Below are positions 11,771 through 22,035 of a stretch of 51,639 nucleotides of DNA, piece after piece. The stretch comes from Nemertoderma westbladi (Eukaryota > Animalia > Xenacoelomorpha). The translations under genes and the position numbers were made by a program. The first letter of the stretch is position 1; every line of letters begins with the position of its first letter. Below the pieces are notes generated by a model. That model saw only the letters and a program-made list of their open reading frames with translations, was not told where the DNA came from and ran no database searches. The DNA lies in the NCBI GenBank assembly GCA_032718475.1, contig JAUCBJ010003856.1:1-51639 (forward strand), given 5' to 3'.

Positions 11771-13261
11771 CCAAAGAATAAAGATGATTTAGTATTCAAA
11801 AATGTCATTATCGAAGGAATCATCTTTACAGAAATCATCTAGGAACAATTATGATAAATATATAAATTGAAGTGAATATACTAAAAGAACTAACCTCTCT
11901 ATTGTGGTAGGTGTCAAGTCATTTGTTTGTGTTATATCTAAGTCATCTTCAATTGCATCTGTAGTGGTAGTCATGGTAACCTGTGAAGGAGTATTATCTG
12001 AAATGCCATTTAGATGTCACTTGTCGTTTTAAAGTGATTTGTAGTCACATCTTGATTGTATTTTATTGGCATAAATATTGTTATATAAAGTCATTATTTT
12101 GAAACAGAGTGGAATGCGATTAAATTGATGAAAAATAAAAATATTTCTAACATGGGTATATCTTTGGAACCATATATCACCGTTATAACAAAACAGGTTT
12201 AGCTCTCAGTATACCAAAATTTTTCAAAACTAATATTCAATACAATGTGGCAATTTGTTTTTAAACTAATTCGATTGTTCTAGAATGGTAGCTATTTTTC
12301 TAAAACATGTCAGTTTTTATTTAGCAGCGTTCCCATGGTAACAATAGTTATATTCCAGAATTTTATGTCACATTTAGAATTGTTAGACCAGTAGCTATCT
12401 TTTTCAAAAAATGCGATAAATTTATATCGAGTTATTAGAATACTACATACAACATGTTTGTTGTTTTACCATTTCCAAGACAACCGGTGATAACAACAAG
12501 TCAGCTACCGATTCAGATTTGTTATCATATCAAAATGAATGGCCAGAAGCTAGGTCTTCCCAAAAATATAAGTTCCGGGTGGTTACCAAAAAGTATCCCC
12601 TATGCTGTCTGGCCCATGGACTAAAACCGCTTTCCAGTTGTTTAGCCGAGACAGAAGTATCAAATATACAAATTAATGAGGTATTCCATCTATACAAATC
12701 CGCAAATAGCCCTGGGTATAATGTACTATTTAGCCTCAATTGATCCCCCTTCTCTCAATGTAATAAAATCCCGTTTTTTAGCAAACCGTTTTTCACTTGC
12801 ATCCTGTCCGACCATTTTACTTAATTATAGTTACCGGGTGCAGCAATCCGGACGAATTTATAATGAGTCATATCCATGATACCAGGATTAGACTGACAAA
12901 TGAGAAAATTATGTTTGTCTTCAATCTTAAATGATTTACGTGTAAAATATCCAAATTTAGTAGTTTAAAAAAAAACTGATCAACCTTTAGCGGTTGAGTA
13001 GGCTTATACACTATTTTATGGTAATCCTCACACCCCAACCCCAACCTATTTCATGAAGTATTGGAGTGTAATCAAATAATTTCCAATCAGATTCGCAGTT
13101 GCAAACTATATTGTATGTAATTTTTCAGATGATATTGATGTTTCCTTGATGAACTAAGATTTAGTTCTACTTGCCACAGTGCTGTGTAGGTCTTGATGTG
13201 GGATATCTTGTTGCTCTGTTCTTTAGCTTGGCAAATCTGATAATTTGCCTCTGGTTCACTA

Positions 13262-13366
13262 TACTACTACTATCGGCATGCTGCATTACAGCTGCATTAT
13301 ATATATTACATATATATTAAGAATGCTGTGCCGGCTTGTCGACAAATTTGCGACGCCACAACTCCG
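13262..13366 (-). mobile_element. Short 3' tip of the same RTE/RTEX-like LINE with (TAG)n tail
   Basis: TACTACTACTATCGGCATGCTGCATT...GCCGGCTTGTCGACAAATTTGCGACGCCACAACTCC matches 2563-2640. Confidence 0.75.
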
Positions 13367-13569
13367 TGGATCCCCCCGGGAGATCTAGCCTGGGTCTCTC
13401 CATTATCATATTTGCCTTCCTAGATATAGATTCAATTGGATACCAGTTTGACGGTTTTCATTTATTATTCATATAAAGTAATCCGAATCATATAACAATT
13501 AAAAATCTGACAATAGAGTTATATTAAATCATAATGGGTACATAACTATTTAATAAGATAACATGACAC

Positions 13570-14519
13570 CATATGATGGATAGGTCTAATTAAGGACAAT
13601 ACTGTTGTATTGAGGACAACAGTCAAAAAGACCTACCAACAGTCAGAAAAACTCACCAACAGTCAGAAAACAGACCCAGATAGTCTACCAACAGTCAAGG
13701 GTTTCAACTGTACAGCAGTAGGCCTAGGCCTACCGAACCGACTTAGTCTGGTTGTTATCACAGTATTACAGTATTATTATGGAATCCGGGAACGGCAAGG
13801 ACAACTGGACAATGTTGGTCTAGTTTAGTTTGCGGTACCGACACAAGTCAACACACTGAGGATTAAATTGCGACAGACTGTTGTTTGGTGTTGATGTGGC
13901 AGACGACTGTTAATAGATGACCGTAACTGCGCGACTGTCTGTACCAGTCGCGGCCACTGGTACCGGTAGAAGAAAAATGGGATCTGTACCCTCAACCGGT
14001 AAGAATAAAGCACTTTGGGAGCGAATACATTTCTGTGGGACACATTTCCGTATATCCAAGTTGATGGCGATAATTTTCCTATCAGTTGAAATACAGTATA
14101 GCAGTAAGATGACGGGTATTCTGTCACAACATATTTATTGCACTATGTTTGAATGTGTTGACTGGTGTCGGTACCGCAAGCTAAATTAGACCAATGTCCT
14201 GTCCTTCCCGTTCCCGGATTCCATAATACTGTACTGTGTTAACAACTAACTGTATCAGTTTGGTAGGCCAACTGCAGTACAGTACAGAATGACATAATTT
14301 CCTTACTGTAGTTACGGATATCAGCTAATATGATTTTGATTATTTCGAATTTAAGGAACCCCATTTAGATAATCGGAATTTTTTGAAGCCCTTGACTGTT
14401 GGTAGACTATCTGGGACTGTTTTCTGACTGTGGGTGAGTTTTTCTGACTGTTGGTAGGTCTTTTTGACTGCTGTTCTCAATACAACAGTATTGTCCTTAA
14501 TTAGACCTATCCCCATATG
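13570..14519. mobile_element. Foldback/MITE with long inverted arms
   Basis: 13570-13856 is the reverse complement of 14154-14519 (the right arm has an extra ~100 bp at ~14285-14380). The arms carry tandem CCAACAGTCA motifs. Confidence 0.85.
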
Positions 14520-14925
14520 ATAATATAATTGTATTATGTACAGAACTGTAGGTGTATCTCTAGACAATATAATATACAACGCAACGTATATTTGGTATAA
14601 TGATGAAATTACAAAACAATTGTTAGTATCAAATCAAGAACTCACTTTGCATATCATAGCTATTTCAAATTGCAATGGCATGCAATTATAAAATATTGTA
14701 GATTGAATGGAGAAGAATCCTGAAATAAGTATTTTATCGAACTCCATATAATTTACAACTGTCTGATTGGACGAGCTGTAAATTAGGGGCGTTCGATAGA
14801 GTGTGGTATTCGGGATTGATTACGAAGTTACAGGGGAACTGCGGGAAACTCCTGGAATAGATCGAATCGTACTGATCTGATAGATCTATGGTGATTGGTG
14901 GTTAGGACTCCAGATCGAGGTCTAT

Positions 14926-15071
14926 ACATTTGCTAGATCATCCATACATGCGGATGATCTAGCAAATGTCATGGGTGATAGGGAGTTGTGGCGGTGCAAT
15001 TTTGTCGATAAGCCGGCACAGCATTCTTAAAAATGCAGCTGCAATGCAGCATGCCGATCCTAGTAGTAGTA
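14926..15071 (+). mobile_element. 5'-truncated RTE/RTEX-like LINE insertion with (TAG)n tail and 9-bp TSD
   Basis: Reverse complement of the 2563-2675 sequence, ending TAGTAGTAGTA. GAGGTCTAT flanks it at 14917-14925 and 15072-15080. Confidence 0.8.
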
Positions 15072-15109
15072 GAGGTCTATGCACGACAAACAAGAAACTC
15101 TAACAAGAT

Positions 15110-15910
15110 TCATTACTCGGGCCAACTTTGTTCCTCTATATAGACGGCCCAGTCACTGGTCTTTCCAATAAAGTTGCAATCTATGCAGATGACTGCACAG
15201 TGTACTCATTATACTAAACGAAGCTAGTGGAAATCAGTTGATCAACGCCTTGCAGGATGATCTTAACGCAGTATATCTCTGGGGAAAGAAATTGAAGGTG
15301 ATTTTCGAACACAGCAAATGGAATCTCTCACTATTATCTCTCAGCTTATGCTTGGGGAGCTCCAAATCCCAGTAGTACAGCCATCAATCAAACTTCTTGG
15401 GGTAACCTTTACTTCCAATATGCCATTCAATGCACATATTGACAACGGAACTGCAAAGGCTGGGCGAAGAGTGAGCCAACTGCGACGTTGTAAAATCCAG
15501 CTGAGCTGGCTTAGTGCATCACATCTCAACTTGTTCGCTTATATGGGATACAGAAACGAGCACTACACTTTATTGGCATTGAAACCCAACCCAGCAGGAT
15601 CCAACCACTTGAGCCTAGAGCACATGAGAAATGTCGGGGTGGTCTGTTTTCTTCACAAGATGCAGCAAACTGAGGCACCACCTCTGCTTCGTTAATGGTT
15701 CCATGTTGCAGCCTCAGTCTGTTGCGGCCCAGCAGACATTTCCTCGCTCACCATGAGCACCATCTATGGTACCCTGGAGACAGAAACATAACTGGCCATT
15801 GGCCACTGTGCTCTTTTGGGCGCAGTGTAATTCCTATGGCAACGCATATATAGAATAGTCTCCCACCAGATGTGACTAAACTTAATATGTCCAGATTTAA
15901 CCGCAAAACA
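15110..15910 (+). mobile_element. Degenerate CR1/L2-group LINE reverse transcriptase fragment
   Basis: GPTLFL..., AIYADDCTVY, LQDDLNAVYLWG, KLLGVTFTSNMPFNAHI and SLEHMRNV are spread over frameshifted frames. Confidence 0.75.
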
Positions 15911-16392
15911 AACTCACTATTATTACAACGATCCGGTGCATTTCCGACATTCCTGGTCACTTCATTTTCGTTGTTAATTATATATTAATTTATAGTTAAA
16001 TATAGCATATGTAAATAAAAATTCAGTTAATATTAACAATGAATTTATTAATTAACTATTCACTTTACTACCTATACATATAATTTGGTTAAATTACCAC
16101 ATTATTTCATGCTGGGTCAACTTTTAAAATATAATTAGAAACAACCATGTTAAATTAATTTAATTTTAGATAGGTAGACAATCATTTTATATGATGACAA
16201 CATAGCTAATTGGGTTCTTGAATCGGCGTTGCTTTCGTTATTTCATTGTACTTAGCTTTATGCAACTTGACCTCTTGTGGCCATTGGATGACATTTATCA
16301 ACATTGAGATACATCAAAGTCTAAAAATTTGGTGTCAAAATCAATATGTTTTAATATATTTTATTATCATTATACAGTTTTACATTAAAATG

Positions 16393-17694
16393 TTATAGAT
16401 CCTGATAAGTGTGATGTTCCACGACTGTTTCCTGGTGTTTGCAAAACAGTTTATCCATCATTAACTTCAATCTTTTACGATATTTGCCGCAAAGAATGAA
16501 ACAAAGTGCTGGATCCGCTATGACATTCATGTAAGAAGTAAAAACCATAACCATTTGAACTACTTTCAATGTTGTTCCAGACATAGAAATGTGGTGGTGA
16601 ATTTTGATCAAATGCAAGCATAATTGCCAGGTCCAAAATGGCAGGTAGCAAAATGTAAATGCCAAGATTACAGCAACAACCATTCGTGTGATTTGTTTAT
16701 TTATCTGACGCATACTGTTCCGTGCTTTGCTTTCGTTCAGACTTGGCATTGGGTCTCGGCTAACCTCTTCGTTACTTGTGGATGCGATGATTAAGTGTTG
16801 GGATGATGCTGGGGTATCCCCACGGGAGGTAGTACTATTTATCCTATCCATGATTAATTGATTATTTGATGTCTGACTGACCAGTGGAAAATCTGATGTC
16901 CCGTGTGAAATTCCTTCCATACACAGCGCCAGTTCTGCTGTTTCCACAGAATTTTCGACATGCGCCATTGCACTTCCTGAAAGTACCTGAGACCCATTGT
17001 TGCCACTGGTCATGTGACGCTGGCTATTGATACTTATAATCATAGCCCTGTAGGTACCTGCGATGACACACAATGGAATAATGTAGAGAACTAAGCTCAG
17101 GAAAACAATATATACTGTGAATGAATTAATTGTTTCCGAAAAATTTGGCCAAGCACTACCACAGTAGATTTTTCCACAAGGGGTAGAAGATTTCCAGGTG
17201 AATATGGCGAATGGTAATGCGAACAACATACTCGGAAACCAAATGTAAGCTAAATGTCGCTTGTTTAGATAGCCACCTCGACGTCTCTTGCTCATTACTT
17301 GATATCTCTCGAAACTCATTTTTACCAAAGTAAATATACTTGCTGACATTGTTAGCGCATCCAAAGCGAATATTATTTTGCATCCTACATCACCAAATAG
17401 CCAGGTTTTCGTTACAAGAGAAGCTAGAATAAATGGACAACCTGTAACGTAGATTAAGTCTGACATTAGAAGATTACCAGCTAACACGTCAATCATTTTC
17501 ATCTGTTGTTTTGGTGTAGTTACAATGACAATCAAACCCAATATATTGGCACATATTCCCACAACTGATACAGACCCATAAAGAAAGTATTTCAGAGCCA
17601 TTTCCCATACCCTCCTGTCTTTTGTTTCTGCGCAAATATATTCATCTTCTGTAACATTACTAGTGATATTTATTAATGTATTGGCTAAAGACAT
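16393..17694 (-). CDS. UTS2R-like: Intronless rhodopsin-family (class A) peptide GPCR, urotensin-II receptor-like, 433 aa
   Basis: Seven hydrophobic segments and N-terminal N-glycosylation sequons (NIT, NVT). TM3 WLFGDVGCKIIFALDALTMSASIFTLVKMSFERY and TM6 CYLPFWTWQL closely resemble vertebrate UTS2R ([41 protein letters not shown], recalled from memory). The ORF is intact, with AATAAA on the minus strand at 16360-16365. Confidence 0.9.
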   Translation of the reverse strand: MSLANTLINITSNVTEDEYICAETKDRRVWEMALKYFLYGSVSVVGICANILGLIVIVTTPKQQMKMIDVLAGNLLMSDLIYVTGCPFILASLVTKTWLFGDVGCKIIFALDALTMSASIFTLVKMSFERYQVMSKRRRGGYLNKRHLAYIWFPSMLFALPFAIFTWKSSTPCGKIYCGSAWPNFSETINSFTVYIVFLSLVLYIIPLCVIAGTYRAMIISINSQRHMTSGNNGSQVLSGSAMAHVENSVETAELALCMEGISHGTSDFPLVSQTSNNQLIMDRINSTTSRGDTPASSQHLIIASTSNEEVSRDPMPSLNESKARNSMRQINKQITRMVVAVILAFTFCYLPFWTWQLCLHLIKIHHHISMSGTTLKVVQMVMVFTSYMNVIADPALCFILCGKYRKRLKLMMDKLFCKHQETVVEHHTYQDL

Positions 17695-18160
17695 ATTGTT
17701 AGTATTACAGTATCAGGCGCTGTGATATTATAAACAACATAAGCGTTAAAAAAATATCTGTTGGCCTAAGTATGTAAAGTACAGTAAGTAACAAAGCAAT
17801 ACTACTTAGGTACTATGTGATATACAATCAAAATACAGTAGCACAAAGTTTAGTTAAACCAACATTGGGCCTCAATTAAGCATACTGCACATCTGTAAAT
17901 AATTCACGGTTTCACGGTACAAGACCATTTAAATATCAGTGCACCCCTAAATTATTGTTGTGGAATATCTATAAACTTACTTACAATATAGGACGTGACG
18001 TGCATTGCATTTATGCTGGTAATTACAGTATATGATGGGAACAGATGTGAATTATAATGATGGTAATTATAGTTATTGTTTTGGAATGCTGCGCGCATAT
18101 TAAGTATGATCACTAAAGATGCCTCATACTGTATACTGGGAATATTGACTTCATGGGGTG

Positions 18161-20705
18161 CAGTGTCGGTCCGTCAGTGTGGGCCAGGTGGGCCGGGCCA
18201 ACCCTAATTTTCCGACAAGTCAACAAACATGACTAACTATGTATTGATCACAACGCAACGTCAATAAATTATACTATTTTTATTTATATAATTATATATT
18301 TCTATTATTATACGATTTATTATAAAGCTAAGAAATTTTCTTAGCTTTATTATTTGACGCGGTTATGTTTTAATCAAATTTTGTACCATAACAAACTGCA
18401 ATTTATCTGTCTGTTTAAGACGTTATTCCCCCCCCCCCCCCCCCCCTCCCCTTCACATCCAACTCCAATAGTTGAATCATCCTACCTAATGTTTCAATAG
18501 TGCAGCCCTCATACAGACAGATAGCCAGACAGATAGCTCTGCTGAGCTCTGCAGAAATTATTAACACAAACATTTGATCGGATGAAGGGCCAAAATCTTT
18601 GGGCCAAAACTACCGATAATATAACCTATATTATCTACCAGGCCATGGTTTGGTGGGTTGTGAATCCTCTTGGCTAGTCTGTATAAAGGGAGGGTGGGCC
18701 AGATAGGAACCTACGGAGCCCCTAAAGGGACATGGGTTCCCCTTTTTTTCTAAATCCGGCCCAGAGATACTAAGTCCGGCTTGGAGATACTAAGTCCGGC
18801 CTGGAGATACTAAGTCCAGCCTGGAGATACTAAGTCCAGCCCGGAGATACTAAGTCCGGCCCGGAGATACTAAGTCCGGCCCAGAGATACTAAGTCCGGC
18901 CTGGAGATACTATCTCAGGCCCTGAAATACTAAGACCAGCTGACTGGTGATGGAATAGTGGCGATTAGCGAGTCAGCCAGTACACCACCTCACCCCAGTT
19001 TGCCAGTCCCACTCAAACTGAATTTCCCTCCAGGCCAGAGATCTATCTCAGGGCCTGAGATAGTATCTCCGGGCTGGACTTAGTATATCCAGGCTGGACT
19101 TAGTATCTCTGGGTCGGACTTAATATCTCCTGGCCTGAGATAGTATCTCCGGGCCGGACTTGGTATCTCAGGGCCTGAGATAGTATCTCCGGGCCAGACT
19201 TAGTATCTCCAGGCTGGACTTAGTATCTCCAGGCCGGACTTAGTATCTCAGGGCCTGAGATAGTATCTCCGGGGCAGACTTAGTATCTCCGGGCTGAGAT
19301 AGTATCTCCGGGCCGGACTTAGTATCCCAGACTTAGTATCTCCGGGCCGGACTTAGTATCTCCGGGCCATACTTATTATCTCTGGCCCAGACTTAGTATC
19401 TCTGGGCCGGACTTAGTATCTCCGGGCCTGAGATAGTAACTCCGGGCCGGACTTAGTATCTCTGGGCCGGACTTAAAAAAAGGGGGAAACCCATGTCCCT
19501 TTAGGGGCTCCATAGGAAGCGGCCCAATATCCAATCAACACAATTATTACAATAATAACTACTGGTGGTGCCAGTTACATCAGCTTTCATAGGAAGATCT
19601 ACTATCTCCCTCATCTCAGACTGTGAAAATATTGTTTCATTTGATTGGATGGCGGTTCTAAATCGTTGGGCCCACAGGTCGATTTCTTCGCACTTCGCAG
19701 CTACAGACTGAGACAGAGCTGCACCTGCACTTAATTAATATCTCAGCCTAGCGGAGTCAATGAGGAGTATGGTTGCTTATTTTGGAAAATAAATTTTATT
19801 ATTTTTTCTTTATTTCAGTAAACACTAGATTAAATAATTTTTATTTTATTTTATCATTTATTTTATTGATATGTTTTTAGTTTTTGGCTTGTTGGTCTTG
19901 GTAGTTAGCTGAATTATCAAATTATTTAAACGAGAGAAACCCACCACAATATTAGATAATAACAACAACATTTCCATTTGGCAAGGAAGTGGAGGAGAGC
20001 CCGAGTTTTAATTTAATTTTATGTATGTTTGCGGCTGTTTGGGCGGGGTGTGGGGTACACTTTTCACACTGAAACATTTTGGTTGTGAAATGTTACAGCA
20101 ATCAGAGATTTTTCATTTATATTTTATTCTGAGAGGAAGAAGAACATACAACGTTATTTAATGTATGTAACGAAATAATTGTTTTGTGGTTTAACTTGGA
20201 TGCCTCCCCAAATATTTGATATACAATTAATATTTAAAATTATTTCCATGATCATGGTCATTCACCCATCTTTAGTTAGAATTTTGTTTGCATGAAAGTC
20301 AGTTTAGAGTTCTAAATTACGAATATTACGGACAGACTATCTCTTATCTGACTGGAAGCTCTTATATAATGCTATCTCTTATAAATGGAAGCAAAGTGTG
20401 ACAGTAACAAATATTTCCACGACACCCCAGCGTGTCTTAAGTATATGATAAGTCTAAAAGGGGAAAGTTTCGATTCACTGCATAAATGCAGTTCACCAAA
20501 CTTCCCCCAAACGCACACTGAAGTCACATAACATATTCTATAAACAATATAATCTTAAAGCAATATAAGCTCTTAAAGTCAGCCAACTATAGATGTAGTA
20601 TCGCCCCGCAATTGAACTTCACATTTTGGTGACTCAATGAGTCCACTGTATTCATAAATATTTGGGTCCGGCTCAACCAAAAATTATGGACACGGACCGC
20701 CACTG
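18161..20705. mobile_element. Non-autonomous hAT DNA transposon with 8-bp TSD ATGGGGTG
   Basis: 14-bp TIRs CAGTGTCGGTCCGT / ACGGACCGCCACTG (1 mismatch). ATGGGGTG lies at 18153-18160 and 20706-20713; CAG termini plus an 8-bp TSD fit hAT. Confidence 0.9.
18712..19514. mobile_element. IS3EU-like MITE with inverted 20-bp minisatellite arrays, nested in the hAT element
   Basis: TIRs TACGGAGCCCCTAAAGGGACATGGG / CCCATGTCCCTTTAGGGGCTCCATA with 6-bp flanks GGAACC / GGAAGC. GGAGATACTAAGTCCGGCCC units are on the left (~18753-18935) and their reverse complements on the right (~19036-19475). Confidence 0.75.
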
Positions 20706-20869
20706 ATGGGGTGTTATCTGGAACTTTATAAGAATACAATGGGAATTGTTTTAGGAAATCCGAGTTCTACAATATTGGAAAGTGTTTAAAATTACACCTT
20801 AGCTTCTAATCCGAAATTATATTAATGTTTTAATTTTGAATGAAATGTTTCTAAATCATTCACTCCTAA

Positions 20870-21255
20870 CTCCGTCGCCATCAACCCGGGTTTAATCTGT
20901 TAATAGACTCCATCGTCATCGTCCCGGGTTTAATAGACTCCGTCGTCATCATCCTTGGTTTAATGGACTCCGTCGCAATCGTCATGGTTTAATAGACTCC
21001 ATCACCATCGTCCCAGATTATATAGACTCTGCTGCCATCGTTCCAGGTTTAATTGACTCCTCCACCATCATCCCGGGTTTAATAGATTCAGCCTCATTGT
21101 CCCAGGTGTAATAGACTCCACTGCCATTGTCCCGGGTTTAATCAACTCCGCTGACATTGTCCCGGGTTTAATATACTCTGTCGTGATCGTTTCAGGGTTT
21201 ACATTTAATAGACTCCGTTGCCTTCTTCCTGATCCAGGTTTCATAGATTCCATCT
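20870..21255. repeat. Degenerate 30-bp minisatellite (CTCCRTCGTCATCGTCCCGGGTTTAATAGA)
   Basis: About 12 diverged tandem copies are visible. Confidence 0.85.
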
Positions 21256-21619
21256 GCATCATTCCACTGTTCAGTGTTTTTAATCAGCGCCAGAAATCTG
21301 CCACGTCGATCAACGATTTCGGTCGCAACAGATTCCGTCAACAACACTCGGGGTTTAAAAAATACAACCGAGGACAACTCAGCGATCATCTATCTGATAG
21401 TTGAAAGTGACTGTCTGACAGTTGGTTAGACTATCTGACAGTTGGGGCCCCAGAGGTAAATCTTTACCTCATGGGCTGTTACCTCACTGACTGACAGCGC
21501 AACAGCCCCTGGGGCTGTAGTAGTCAACTCCGAGTTCGTTCGACCTAGTAGTAGTAGTACTATAGCCCGATATAGGCACTGGTCTGGGCACATTTTGTAG
21601 TAAGTCAACCCTGGCCAAA

Positions 21620-22035
21620 ATTTTCGACCAAATAGATCAGCAAATACGAGGATACTAGTGCTACAGCTGTTGGTTGAAATAATTATTTCAAAGATCCTTC
21701 CTGCTATTCTGACATTTGTGGACTTCAAGAAAGCATTCGACTCCAGCCATAGATATAATATCGGAAAATCATTGCTGATATGGATTGCTATACTGAGACA
21801 CTGGAGCGTAGGTTTTTTCACCAGATGGAGAAACTGTGTTCTTTAAAATCATGGGTAGTATTACTGCAAGGCGACACATTAGCTCATTCACTATTCATAA
21901 ATTGTATTGGAATATACAATAGGGATAGCCATAACTGGTTATGATATTTGGTTCACTCTACAAGAACATAGAAGCGGCAGATATCCTGCTCATACAATCA
22001 CAGAACACTAACTTTGCGAATGATATTGCCGTTCT
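21620..22035 (+). mobile_element. Degenerate RTE/RTEX-like LINE RT fragment
   Basis: ILPAILTFVDFKKAFDS, LLQGDTLA, FTLQEHRSGRYPAHTIT and FANDIA. The first motif matches the LINE sequence at 51590-51639. Confidence 0.75.

Larger units (their letters stand above)
3841..12623 (-). mobile_element. Academ-type DNA transposon, internally deleted, with ~540-bp TIRs
   Basis: TIRs start TAGTCCATGGGCCAG and end CTGGCCCATGGACTA. The left TIR is 3841-4210 plus 9893-10059 (split by an LTR element); the right TIR is 12083-12623. TAG...CTA termini, AAA on both flanks (putative 3-bp TSD) and a transposase C-terminal remnant inside fit Academ. Confidence 0.8.
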
